NCBI GenBank assembly: GCA_902826565.1
Contig: CADEFF010000003.1
Coordinates: 42,588-106,587, forward strand
Origin: an uncultured Rhodospirillaceae bacterium
GTDB taxonomy: Bacteria; Pseudomonadota; Alphaproteobacteria; Dongiales; Dongiaceae
Length of the DNA: 64,000 nt
Reading direction: 5' to 3'
Made by a program: the position numbers and the translations under genes. Below, in pieces: positions 45,007 through 54,203 of the stretch. The notes under the pieces were generated by a model. It was not told the origin of the DNA. It ran no database searches and worked only from the letters and a program-made list of their open reading frames with translations. Within the stretch, counting starts at the first letter, position 1; each line of letters opens with the position of its first letter.

Positions 45007-46644
45007 TCAGGGCCGGCTTGCGTTCGCGACCTTGAAGACCGCGCGCTCATAACGATCGAGCCGGCCCACCAGCCCCTTTTCCCACGCGAGATATTCCCGC
45101 GAGGCCGCCAGATTGCCGGCATGGCGGTCATAGGCGAAGGCGGCGAAATCCACGCGATCGGCATCGGGCGGATCCTCGGGCGTGCCGAGGGTCGCAAGAC
45201 CGGCAGCCTGCCAGTCCGCCGCATCGCTCGAGAGCCATTGCGGCCTGAAACCGAGCGCCGTCAGATCGGCGGCGGCGAGGCCGGCCAGGACCCCGTCGGC
45301 CGCGACGAGGATCACCGGCAGGTCCGCGGTCGCGCTCGCGAGAAGCTGCGGAAGCTGCGCACGCACGGCCCAGCGCGCGCCTTCGAGATGCACCGCGCGG
45401 AAGTCGAGGCTCGGGCGAAGGTCGAAGATCGAGAGCGACGGCGCCTTCGCACGCAGCGCCGCGAGCTCCGCCGGCAAAATCCGCGGCAGATGGTCGAAGC
45501 GATGGGCGCGCGGCTCCTCGAGCGCGGCGAGCGCCGGCCAGGCCGCGGTGCCGCCGGCGAGCGCCACCGCATCCCACCCCATCTGACGCAGCCAGTTCGC
45601 GGTGACGACCGCGCGGATTTCCGTGTCGTCCAGCAGAACCACGCGGGCGCCGCGCACGGCGAGCCAGCGATCCGTCGCCTGGACGAGCTGGCCGCCCGGC
45701 GCGTTCTGGATCGCGGCGGCCCGGCGCGTCGCGAATTCCTCGGGGCTCCGCACGTCGAGCAGATAGGTCGTGCGCGCGCTTTCTCGGGTCCAGGCGAGAA
45801 GCGTCTCGACATCGAGCCGCGGCACGCCCCAACGCTCGGCATAGCGGCGAGCCTGCGCGAACTGCGCGCGCCGCAGCTCCTTGTCGGGCATGTCGCGCAC
45901 AAGCCGTTCAGACCCATGTTCCAAGGCTAGGCCGGCGAGCCGCCAGCCCTGCGTGCCGTCCTCCAGCGCGGCGATCGGATTGGGAAGCTCGAGATTGCGC
46001 AGGGTCTGCGCGCCGACGATGCCGCGCGTGCGCCCCGCGCAATGCACCACGATCGGCGTCGCATCGGCGTCCAGCGCCGCGCCGATCCGATAGGCGAGGT
46101 CGCCGTTCGGCAGGCAGAGGCTGTCCGGAATGCACATCCGGCGATGCTCCTCGAAGGGCCGTCCGTCGAGCAGAAGGATTTTCTCCCCCTGCTTCCGGCG
46201 GCTGTCGAGCGCCGCCGCCGAGACGGTCGGAACTTCGCAAGCTTCCTGCAGCAGCTCGCCGAAGGTTTTGCTCGGCAGATGCTCGCCCTCGAAGAGCGCA
46301 TAGCCGGCGGCGCGCCAAGCCACCGCGCCGCCCGTCATGACCGCCAGGTCGCGATAGCCGAGCGTCCTTGCGATCCGGGCCGCCCGGGCGGCGCGCAGGC
46401 CCGCGCCCTCATCGTAGAGAACGAGATGCGCCGCGGGATTGGGCGCGAGGCGCAGCAGCTCGGGCTCGAACCGGCTCAGCGGCGCCGAGGTCGCAAGGAA
46501 CGGGTGCCCGGCAACGAACTCGCCATGCTCCCGGACATCGAGCAGCGCGGTTTCCCGCCCGCCATGGAGCCCGAGCTTGACGGTCGCCGCCGAAATCGCC
46601 GGAACGGCATCCGCGTCCGACGCCGGCACCGGGATCGAGCTCAT
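45007..46644 (-). CDS. Multi-domain rhodanese-like sulfurtransferase
   Basis: Track ORF 45007..47244, trimmed to the ATG at 46644, which overlaps the upstream stop (ATGA). 545 aa with repeated rhodanese-like modules (LLDVREHGEF, LLDGRPFEEH..., VVHCAGRTRG active-site-like loop, LLDVRSPEEF). Confidence 0.75.
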   Translation of the reverse strand: MSSIPVPASDADAVPAISAATVKLGLHGGRETALLDVREHGEFVAGHPFLATSAPLSRFEPELLRLAPNPAAHLVLYDEGAGLRAARAARIARTLGYRDLAVMTGGAVAWRAAGYALFEGEHLPSKTFGELLQEACEVPTVSAAALDSRRKQGEKILLLDGRPFEEHRRMCIPDSLCLPNGDLAYRIGAALDADATPIVVHCAGRTRGIVGAQTLRNLELPNPIAALEDGTQGWRLAGLALEHGSERLVRDMPDKELRRAQFAQARRYAERWGVPRLDVETLLAWTRESARTTYLLDVRSPEEFATRRAAAIQNAPGGQLVQATDRWLAVRGARVVLLDDTEIRAVVTANWLRQMGWDAVALAGGTAAWPALAALEEPRAHRFDHLPRILPAELAALRAKAPSLSIFDLRPSLDFRAVHLEGARWAVRAQLPQLLASATADLPVILVAADGVLAGLAAADLTALGFRPQWLSSDAADWQAAGLATLGTPEDPPDADRVDFAAFAYDRHAGNLAASREYLAWEKGLVGRLDRYERAVFKVANASRP

Positions 46645-47216
46645 CGCGTCGTGGTCACCCCGATCGAGTTCGCGAAGGCCAGGTTCTTCACCGGATCGAA
46701 CATGATGCCGCCCGAAACCGCCTCGAGGGCGAGCCCGTAAAAGTGCAAATGGCGGACGATGCGGTCGCCTTTGACCTCGACCGAATGGATGTCGTCGGCC
46801 AGCATGGCGATGCCCCGCCCCGGCTCCACCACGATCTCCTCGATCTTGCGCAGCTTCGCCGGCCCGATGCGAAGCCCACCCTCGGTAATTTCGTGCAGCG
46901 CGTTGTGCTCCTGTCCGGCGACCGCCGCGACGCAGGCCCAGGTGGTGTGGTTGTGCGGAAAGATCTTCTTCCCCGGCCGCAGCACGTTGAGATAGAGCGC
47001 GAAGCTCTGGTCCGGATCCTCGCGCACGAAATGCCGCACCTGGAGCTCGTCCGGCTTCGGATCGTGGAACCGGTCGCTCGTCCAGAGCTCGGTCTGCTTC
47101 GCCAGCACCTCCAGCGAACTCAAGACCTCTTTCATGCCGGCGCGCGTGACGCCATGGCGCCGGATCGCGTCCTTCGCCTCGCGGACCATCGTTTCGGCTT
47201 CCGGATGCTTGCTCAT
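46641..47216 (-). CDS. Cupin-fold, cysteine-dioxygenase-type-I-like metalloprotein
   Basis: 191 aa. PHNHTTWACV...H motif in a double-stranded beta-helix context. This family typically sits next to rhodanese proteins. Confidence 0.6.
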   Translation of the reverse strand: MSKHPEAETMVREAKDAIRRHGVTRAGMKEVLSSLEVLAKQTELWTSDRFHDPKPDELQVRHFVREDPDQSFALYLNVLRPGKKIFPHNHTTWACVAAVAGQEHNALHEITEGGLRIGPAKLRKIEEIVVEPGRGIAMLADDIHSVEVKGDRIVRHLHFYGLALEAVSGGIMFDPVKNLAFANSIGVTTTR

Positions 47217-47263
47217 CGCCCGTTCCTCCTTGGGCCGCGGCCATGCGCCGCGAGCCCTTCCTG

Positions 47264-48979
47264 CTAAAGCGTCTCGGGATCGACTCCGTAATCCCGCCGC
47301 GCGCCTTCCGGCGTCACATAACCGTCGATCAGATCGTCGCGCAGCCGCTCGCGGCTCCGCCCAGCCGGCGGGCCATAACCGCCCGAGCCCGGCGCCTCCA
47401 TGACCACCCGCGCGTCGGCCGGCGCCACGAAGCCGCCCTTGCTCGGCAAGCGTTCGGTGGGCTTGCCCGCCTGCTCCAAAGTGAGGCGGGTCGGGCTGCC
47501 CGGGAGACCACCCGCGAGGCCGAAGGGCGGCGTCACGCTGCGCTCGCAGCAGCTAGCCGAGTTCGAGTCCCGGCCGAGAATTCGCCAGGTGCGCTTCACG
47601 CCGAGCCCGCCGCGCCAGGTTCCGGCGCCGCCGCTATCCGGAATCAGCGCATATTCCTCGACCCGCAGCGGGAAGCTCATCTCCAGCATCTCGATCGGCG
47701 TGTTCATCATGTTGGCGACCGTGCTGGCGAGGCCGTTGATGCCATCCTTCGCCGGCCGCGCGCCGAAGCCGCCCTTGGTCGATTCGTAGCTCACATAACG
47801 CTCGGCGGTCCGGTAATCGACGCCGCCGAAGGTCACGATCGCCGAGGTCCCCTGTGACCCGGCCATCACATTCTCCGGCGATATCTTGTGCATCGCGGCG
47901 AAGATCATGTCGGCGACCCGGGCCGACATCTCGTGATTGGCATAGACGACAGGCGCCGGGCTTTGCGCGTTCACGACCGAGCCGGTGGGCGCCTCGATGG
48001 CGATCGGCCGCCAGCAGCCGCTATTGGCCGGAATGAGGCTCTTCGGATCGGCGATCATCTTCAGGGCGCAATAGACGCCGGACGCGGTCACCGTGAGGGG
48101 CGCGTTCATCGGACCCGCGACCTGCGGGTCGGAGCCAGCGAAGTCGGCCGTGATCCGGTCCCCGCGCTTCACCAGCGTGAGCTTCACGATGAAGGTCTCG
48201 TCCGCGTTGGCACCCGGCGCGAGGATACCGTCGCCGTCGATCGTGTCGGTGAAGCTCGCTTCACCGTCCGGCAGCTTGCGGAAGGCGAGCCGCATCATCG
48301 CCTCGGAGTAGTCCTGCACCTCTTGCATGATCTGCAGCAGCGTGTCGGCGCCGTATTTCCTGGCCAGGGCTTCGAGGCGCGCCGCGCCGCGCCGGTTGGC
48401 CGCGACCTGGGCGCGGAGATCGCCCATGCGTTCCGCCGGCATGCGGATGTTGGCGCAGATCAGCGCCTCGACGTTGCGGTCGATCTCCCCGTCGCGATAG
48501 AGGCGGATCGGCGGGATCTGCAGCCCCTCGCCGAAGATCTCGGTGACGGCGCCGTAGCTCCCCGGGCTGGCGCTGCCGATATCGGGCCAGTGCGCCCGCA
48601 CGCAGCAGAAGCCGAGCAGCCGGCTGCCGAGGAAGGCCGGGGTGACCACGTTCACGTCCGGCAGATGCGAGCCGCCATTGTAGGGATCGTTGTGGATGAA
48701 GACGTCCCCCGCCGCGGCATCGGGGAAGGCCTTCACCACCGCCCGCACCGCATCGGGCATCGACCCCAGATGGATCGGCAGATCGGGCCCCTGCGCCACC
48801 ATGCCGCCAGCGAGGTCGAACACGCCGCAGGAATAGTCGCCCGCGACCTTCAGCAGCGGCGAATAGGCGGTCTTCGCCACGATGATCTTCATCTCCTCGG
48901 CCGTGGAATAGAGCGCGTTCTTCACGACCTCGAAGCGCGCCGGGTCCGTCTTGATGCGCAAGGGGCTCTCGTCGGGCAT
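47264..48979 (-). CDS. Hydantoinase B/oxoprolinase family protein (HyuB-like)
   Basis: 571 aa. The N-terminus DPARFEVVKNALYSTAEEM and the DYSCGVFD / HNDPYNGGSHLPD blocks are typical of Hydantoinase_B. Confidence 0.9.
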   Translation of the reverse strand: MPDESPLRIKTDPARFEVVKNALYSTAEEMKIIVAKTAYSPLLKVAGDYSCGVFDLAGGMVAQGPDLPIHLGSMPDAVRAVVKAFPDAAAGDVFIHNDPYNGGSHLPDVNVVTPAFLGSRLLGFCCVRAHWPDIGSASPGSYGAVTEIFGEGLQIPPIRLYRDGEIDRNVEALICANIRMPAERMGDLRAQVAANRRGAARLEALARKYGADTLLQIMQEVQDYSEAMMRLAFRKLPDGEASFTDTIDGDGILAPGANADETFIVKLTLVKRGDRITADFAGSDPQVAGPMNAPLTVTASGVYCALKMIADPKSLIPANSGCWRPIAIEAPTGSVVNAQSPAPVVYANHEMSARVADMIFAAMHKISPENVMAGSQGTSAIVTFGGVDYRTAERYVSYESTKGGFGARPAKDGINGLASTVANMMNTPIEMLEMSFPLRVEEYALIPDSGGAGTWRGGLGVKRTWRILGRDSNSASCCERSVTPPFGLAGGLPGSPTRLTLEQAGKPTERLPSKGGFVAPADARVVMEAPGSGGYGPPAGRSRERLRDDLIDGYVTPEGARRDYGVDPETL

Positions 48980-48982
48980 GGC

Positions 48983-51058
48983 TCAACGCCTCTTCATGCG
49001 AATATAGCCTTGCGCATCGATCGCCGCCTGCCATCCCGGCGGCAGCAATGTCGTCGAATCCACCGCCTCGATCACCGCCGGACCGTCGATCACCGTGCCG
49101 GCCGACAGGCCCGGACGCCAATGGACCGGCGTGCGCACGAAGCCCTCGCCCGCAAACCATATGTCGCGGGGGCCGGTGCGGCCAGCCGCGGTTCCATTGG
49201 CGCGCTGCGCAAGCGTGACGCCGGGGATGCGCCCCACCGCCGTGAGACGGAGATTGACGAGCTGCACCGCGTCCTTGTTGCTCGCATGACCGTAGGTCTG
49301 GCGATGCTTGTCGTGAAAGGCGGCGACGAGGCCCTTCAGCGTCTCCTGCGTGACCGGCCCGTCGGCGACCGGGACGGTGAGCTCGTAGGCCTGGCGGCGG
49401 TAGCGGATATCGGCGAAACGCAGCAGGCCGCGCCGCCCGGGGGCGACATTGGCGGCGGTCAGCATGGCGCGCCCCTCCGTCTCCATGGCGTCGAAGGCCG
49501 CGGCGATCACGGCCGGCTCGACGCTGCCGAGATCGGCATAGAGCGTGCGGGAATAGTCGCGGCGAAGATCGGTCGCGACGAGCCCGAGCGCCGAGAACAC
49601 GCCCGGCGCCGGCGGTACGACGACTTCGGGAATCTGCAGTTCGCCCGCGAGCGACGCGGCATGGATCGGGCCTGCGCCGCCGAAGGCGACGAGACTGAAT
49701 TCGCGCGGGTCGTGGCCGCGTTCGATCGAGACGATGCGGAGCGCTTCCGCCATGTTGCTGTCGACGATCTCGATGATCCGCGCCGCGGCTTCCGGCACGG
49801 AGAGGCCGAGCGGTTCGCCGACCGACCGCGCGATGGCGGCCTCGGCGGCGGCGAGGTCGATCTTGAGGTCCCCACCGAGCAGCGCTTCGCGATTGAGATA
49901 GCCGAGCACGACATTCGCGTCGCTCACCGTCGCCGCGATGCCGCCGCGCCCATAGGCGGCGGGGCCCGGCGCGCTGCCTGCGCTGCCCGGCCCGACCTTG
50001 AGCGCGCCGCCGGGATCGACCCAGGCGATGCTGCCGCCGCCGGCACTCACCTCGGCGAGATCGATCACCGGCACCCGGATCGGATGGCCCGAACCGTGCT
50101 GCCAGCGATTGACGTGGCCGGAGCCACCCACTTCGTACTCGGCCGTCACCGCGACCTCGCCCTCGGCGATCAGGCTCGCCTTGGCCGTAGTGCCGCCCAT
50201 GTCGAAAGAGATCACGTTGGCGAGGCCGAGCTGCCTGCCGACGAGCGCCGCCGCGATCACGCCCGCGGCCGGGCCCGACTCCACCGCCATCGCCGGCATG
50301 CGGAGCCCCTCGGCGATGTCGAACACGCCCCCGCTCGAGCCCATCACATAGAGCTTGGGCAGGCCGAGCTCCGTCACCGCCTTCTGCAGCCGGCCGAGAT
50401 AGCTCTCCAGCACCGGCGCCACATAGGCGCAGACGGCGGTGGTGCTGGTGCGCTCGAACTCGCGTACCTCCGGCAGCACCTCGCAGGAGAGAAAGATCTT
50501 CACCTGCGGCAAGGCCTTGCGGAGCCGATCGCCGACGATCCGCTCATGCCGGTCGTTGAGGAAGGAGAAGAGGAAGGACACCGCGACCGCTTCGAGGCCC
50601 GCGTCGCGGATCGCGGCAATGACGCCGTCGATCTCGGATTCCGCGAGCGGTGTCACCACGGCACCCTGCGCGTCGATCCGCTCGGTGACCTCGTAGCGCC
50701 AGCGACGCGGCACCAGAATCGCCGGCCCGTCCTGGAACAGATCGTAGAGGTCGGAACGGGAGGAGCGGCGCAGCTCCAGCACGTCGCGGAAGCCGCGGGT
50801 GGTAACGAGGCCCGCCTTCGCGCCCTTGTGCTCCAGCAGCGCGTTGGTGACGACGGTCGTCGCATGGGCCAGCAGCGACACATCGGCAGGCGCGATCTTC
50901 TCCCGCGCCAGCCCCTGCCGGATCCCGTCGATGACGGCTTCGCTGAAGTCGTGCGGCGTGGTCAGGACCTTGGCGATCCCGATACGGCCGGTCGCCTCCT
51001 CCACCATCGCGACGTCGGTGAAGGTTCCGCCGATATCGACGCCGACACGCCACGCCAT
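48983..51058 (-). CDS. Hydantoinase A/oxoprolinase family protein (HyuA-like)
   Basis: 691 aa. The N-terminus VGVDIGGTFTDV (ASKHA-fold ATPase) and FDMGGTTAK are typical of Hydantoinase_A. Confidence 0.9.
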   Translation of the reverse strand: MAWRVGVDIGGTFTDVAMVEEATGRIGIAKVLTTPHDFSEAVIDGIRQGLAREKIAPADVSLLAHATTVVTNALLEHKGAKAGLVTTRGFRDVLELRRSSRSDLYDLFQDGPAILVPRRWRYEVTERIDAQGAVVTPLAESEIDGVIAAIRDAGLEAVAVSFLFSFLNDRHERIVGDRLRKALPQVKIFLSCEVLPEVREFERTSTTAVCAYVAPVLESYLGRLQKAVTELGLPKLYVMGSSGGVFDIAEGLRMPAMAVESGPAAGVIAAALVGRQLGLANVISFDMGGTTAKASLIAEGEVAVTAEYEVGGSGHVNRWQHGSGHPIRVPVIDLAEVSAGGGSIAWVDPGGALKVGPGSAGSAPGPAAYGRGGIAATVSDANVVLGYLNREALLGGDLKIDLAAAEAAIARSVGEPLGLSVPEAAARIIEIVDSNMAEALRIVSIERGHDPREFSLVAFGGAGPIHAASLAGELQIPEVVVPPAPGVFSALGLVATDLRRDYSRTLYADLGSVEPAVIAAAFDAMETEGRAMLTAANVAPGRRGLLRFADIRYRRQAYELTVPVADGPVTQETLKGLVAAFHDKHRQTYGHASNKDAVQLVNLRLTAVGRIPGVTLAQRANGTAAGRTGPRDIWFAGEGFVRTPVHWRPGLSAGTVIDGPAVIEAVDSTTLLPPGWQAAIDAQGYIRMKRR

Positions 51059-51114
51059 CCTTGTGATCCTCCAGCTTGCCTTGAGGCTTCGTCAGACCGG
51101 CATGCGGGCCCGGC

Positions 51115-52422
51115 TCACCGCAGGTCCGCTTTCAGCAACTCTTCCACCGTGCCCACCGTGCGGTCGATATCGGCATCGCTATGGGCGAGCGACAGGTAGA
51201 TCTTGGTGACGAGGTGAGTGAGGAAGCCGCGCTTCAGGAGCTCGCGGCCGAGCGCTCTGCTGCGCGCCGCATCCTGGGTCTCGGCGGTCCGATAATCCGT
51301 GATCGGGGTGGCGGTGAAATAGATGTTGGCCATGGGGCCGACACCGAGCACCTGCGCCGCGACGCCGGCGCGCGATGCCGCCTGGCGCAGGCCCGAGCGC
51401 ATCCGCTCGCCGATCGCGCGGAGCCGCTCGTAGGCGCCGGGCTTCTCGAGCTCGGTCAGGGTCGCGAGGCCGGCGGCGGCGGCCACGGCATTGCCGTTCA
51501 GCGTGCCGCTCATATAGGCATAGTCGGCCTGCCCCTTGTGGCGCGGGTTGCAGAGCTGCATGAGCGGCCGGCTCGCGGCGACAGCCGCCAGCGGATAGCC
51601 GCCGCCCAGCACCTTGCCGAAGCAGGCGATGTCGGGGATCACGCCATAGAGCTCCTGCGCCCCGCCGCGGGCGACGCGAAAACCCATCACCACCTCGTCG
51701 AACACCAGGATCACGCCGGCTTCATGGGCCAGCCGCCGCAGCCCCTCGAGGAAGCCGGGCTTGGGATCCACCAGCCGGCTTTGCGGCTCAACGATGATGG
51801 CGGCGAGATCGTCCTTGTGCGCCTTCACGATCTCGGCGGTCCGCTCCAGATCGTTGAAGGGCGCCACCAGCACATCGCCGCGCACGTTCTGCGGAATGCC
51901 GGCGGAATCCGGCGTCGCCGCCGGATAGGTCTCGTTCGGCAGCTTGCCCGGCCAGGTGCCCATCAGCGTGGCATCGAAATGGCCGTGATAGGCGCCCTCG
52001 AACTTGAGGATCTTGTTCCGCCGGGTGGCGGCGCGCGCGATGCGCAGCGCGAAGAAGCAGGCTTCCGAGCCAGAGCTGCAGAACTTCACCTGCTCGGCGC
52101 AGGGCACGGACTCGCGCAGCTTCTCCGCGAGCAGCACCGCCGGCTCGTTCAGCGCATAGAAGGAGCTGCCGCGCTGGAGCTGCGCCGTCACCGCCGCCAC
52201 GACGGCCGGATGCGCGTGGCCCAGCACCATGGGGCCGGACCCCAGCACGTAATCGATATATTCCTTCCCGGCCGTATCGAAGACGCGCGCGCCTTCGCCC
52301 CGGGCGATGACGAACTCCTGCCCATCGGCAGGAAAATAGGTGCCGAGCGAGCCGCCCGGGATCGCATCATGGGCGCGACGGACGAAATCCTCCTGGACCG
52401 AAGCCATGATATCTCCGCTCAA
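51115..52422 (-). CDS. Class-III aminotransferase (glutamate-1-semialdehyde aminomutase-like)
   Basis: 435 aa. SGSEA, FDEVVMGFR and CFGKVLGGG (PLP lysine) motifs. An alternative ATG lies at 52407. Confidence 0.85.
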   Translation of the reverse strand: MSGDIMASVQEDFVRRAHDAIPGGSLGTYFPADGQEFVIARGEGARVFDTAGKEYIDYVLGSGPMVLGHAHPAVVAAVTAQLQRGSSFYALNEPAVLLAEKLRESVPCAEQVKFCSSGSEACFFALRIARAATRRNKILKFEGAYHGHFDATLMGTWPGKLPNETYPAATPDSAGIPQNVRGDVLVAPFNDLERTAEIVKAHKDDLAAIIVEPQSRLVDPKPGFLEGLRRLAHEAGVILVFDEVVMGFRVARGGAQELYGVIPDIACFGKVLGGGYPLAAVAASRPLMQLCNPRHKGQADYAYMSGTLNGNAVAAAAGLATLTELEKPGAYERLRAIGERMRSGLRQAASRAGVAAQVLGVGPMANIYFTATPITDYRTAETQDAARSRALGRELLKRGFLTHLVTKIYLSLAHSDADIDRTVGTVEELLKADLR

Positions 52423-52466
52423 TTCGAACCGACCGGGAAGGCGATTGCAGGGTACTTCGGATTATA

Positions 52467-52480
52467 TGTCCAATGCATAA
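52467..52480. promoter_or_regulatory. Copy 1 of shared 14-nt motif TGTCCAATGCATAA (candidate regulator site upstream of the aminotransferase operon)
   Basis: Identical 14-mer at 56941..56954 in the same orientation. It lies 45-58 nt upstream of the start codon at 52422. Confidence 0.4.
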
Positions 52481-52567
52481 TACACCTTCATTCCGATAGC
52501 GTGACTGCATAAATCCAGGGCAGCCGCCTGCCGCCGGAAAGCCGCCGGCAGCAGGCAAGCCGTCCCT

Positions 52568-53272
52568 CTAGCCCGCGCGGGCGCGCAGCTCCGCCGCCGA
52601 CCAGTATTCGACGTCATAGACCTCGAGCTTGAGAGGCGTGATCACCCAGTTGTTGGTCGCCCAGGTGAAGGGGCAGACCGACAGACCCACGATCACATCC
52701 ATCTCGGCAAGCAGCTCGAAATAGTCGCCCGGGCGCGTAACGGGAGGCTCGAAGCGCCACTGCGATTCCGCCGGATAGTGACGGAGATTGGCGAACACAT
52801 CGAACGTGTCCGGAATATCCTCGGGCGTGATCCCATAAGGCTTCAGTACCGCCGACAGGATCTCCCAGCAACCGCCGTTCGGCGGCGGTTCGAGGCCCAT
52901 GCGCTTGTACATATCCGTGTTGCAGGAATGCAGCTCGATCTCATGCACCCCGCCGGGAACTGCCGTATCGGCCACGATCGTCATCATCGGCCGGTAGCCG
53001 GTCGAGTAGATCACATCGCCTACATCGAAGTGATCCTTGATGATGTAAGGCTCGCCCGGCTTGAACTGCCGGGAGCGCGACAGGTTCTGGCAGTGCTTCT
53101 CCTTGATGTTGTGCCGGTTGAAGAAGGCAAGATCGCCACATTGCTTGCCGTCCACGTCGATGACCCGCACATGCTGTCCCTGCTTGACCTCAATCGCGCG
53201 ACCCTGCTTCGGAGGGATCACCTCCTCGAACGCCAGTTTTCTCGATTTTATGCTTTGCACGCCCTTATTCAT
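52568..53272 (-). CDS. DUF1989 (urea-carboxylase-associated-like) family protein, second copy
   Basis: 234 aa, a distant paralog of 44379..44993. Confidence 0.65.
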   Translation of the reverse strand: MNKGVQSIKSRKLAFEEVIPPKQGRAIEVKQGQHVRVIDVDGKQCGDLAFFNRHNIKEKHCQNLSRSRQFKPGEPYIIKDHFDVGDVIYSTGYRPMMTIVADTAVPGGVHEIELHSCNTDMYKRMGLEPPPNGGCWEILSAVLKPYGITPEDIPDTFDVFANLRHYPAESQWRFEPPVTRPGDYFELLAEMDVIVGLSVCPFTWATNNWVITPLKLEVYDVEYWSAAELRARAG

Positions 53273-53342
53273 CGTTTCCTCCTCGTTGCATGGCTTGCTC
53301 GAAATCTCGTCGTGGCCGACGCTGTCTCCTGGGCCTGGCGCA

Positions 53343-54203
53343 TCAGGTGGCGCCCCGCAGGCGCGCCGAGCGGCGCTTCAGCAGCTCGACGGCAATCAGC
53401 AGCAGAACCGACATCGCGACCAGTATCGTCGCCACCGCCAGGATGGCCGGACTCAGCTCCTCGCGAAGACCGGACCACATCTGGCGCGGCACCGTCTGCT
53501 GATGGACCGAACCGATGAAGAGAACCACGATGATCTCGTCGAAGGAATTACCGAAAGCGAACACGGCCCCCGACGCGATACCCGGAAGGATCAGCGGTGC
53601 GGTGATACGACGAAAGACCGTCACCGGGTTCCCGCCGAGGCTGGCGCCCGCCCGTGACAGGGACCGGTCGAATCCTGCGAGCGTCGCGGTCACCGTGATC
53701 ACGACGAAAGGTGCGCCCAGCGCCGCATGGGCGAGCACCACCCCGGCAAAGCTGCCGACCAGCCCGAGCTTGGCGTAGACGAAATAGATCCCCGCGCCGG
53801 TAATGATCAGCGGCACGATGAGCGGCGAGATCAGCAGCGCCATGATCGTGTTGCGCCCGGGCAGATCGGCGCGGGCCAGCCCGAGCGCGGCGAGCGTTCC
53901 CAGCAGGGTGGCGATGGCGGTAGAGACGGCGGCGATCGCTACACTGTTGAGGATCGCGTCGCGCCATATGTCGCTGCCGGCCACAGCGCGGTACCAGCGG
54001 AACGAGTAGGCGGCGGGATCGAGGGTCAACATGCCCTCGCTGAAGGAAAAATAGGCGTGCGCGTTGAAGCTCAGGGGAACGATCACGAGGATCGGCGCGA
54101 TCAGGAACAGGAGAAACCCGCCGCAAAGCCCGAGAAACAGAACGTGCCAGAGCCGGTCGAACGGCGTGGCATGAGCCGGAAGGCGGAGCATTTCCATCGT
54201 CAT
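53343..54203 (-). CDS. ABC transporter permease (PotC-like)
   Basis: 286 aa, polytopic, with EAA-like loop SRAGASLGGNPVTVFRRITAP. It overlaps the upstream permease stop. Confidence 0.85.
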   Translation of the reverse strand: MTMEMLRLPAHATPFDRLWHVLFLGLCGGFLLFLIAPILVIVPLSFNAHAYFSFSEGMLTLDPAAYSFRWYRAVAGSDIWRDAILNSVAIAAVSTAIATLLGTLAALGLARADLPGRNTIMALLISPLIVPLIITGAGIYFVYAKLGLVGSFAGVVLAHAALGAPFVVITVTATLAGFDRSLSRAGASLGGNPVTVFRRITAPLILPGIASGAVFAFGNSFDEIIVVLFIGSVHQQTVPRQMWSGLREELSPAILAVATILVAMSVLLLIAVELLKRRSARLRGAT

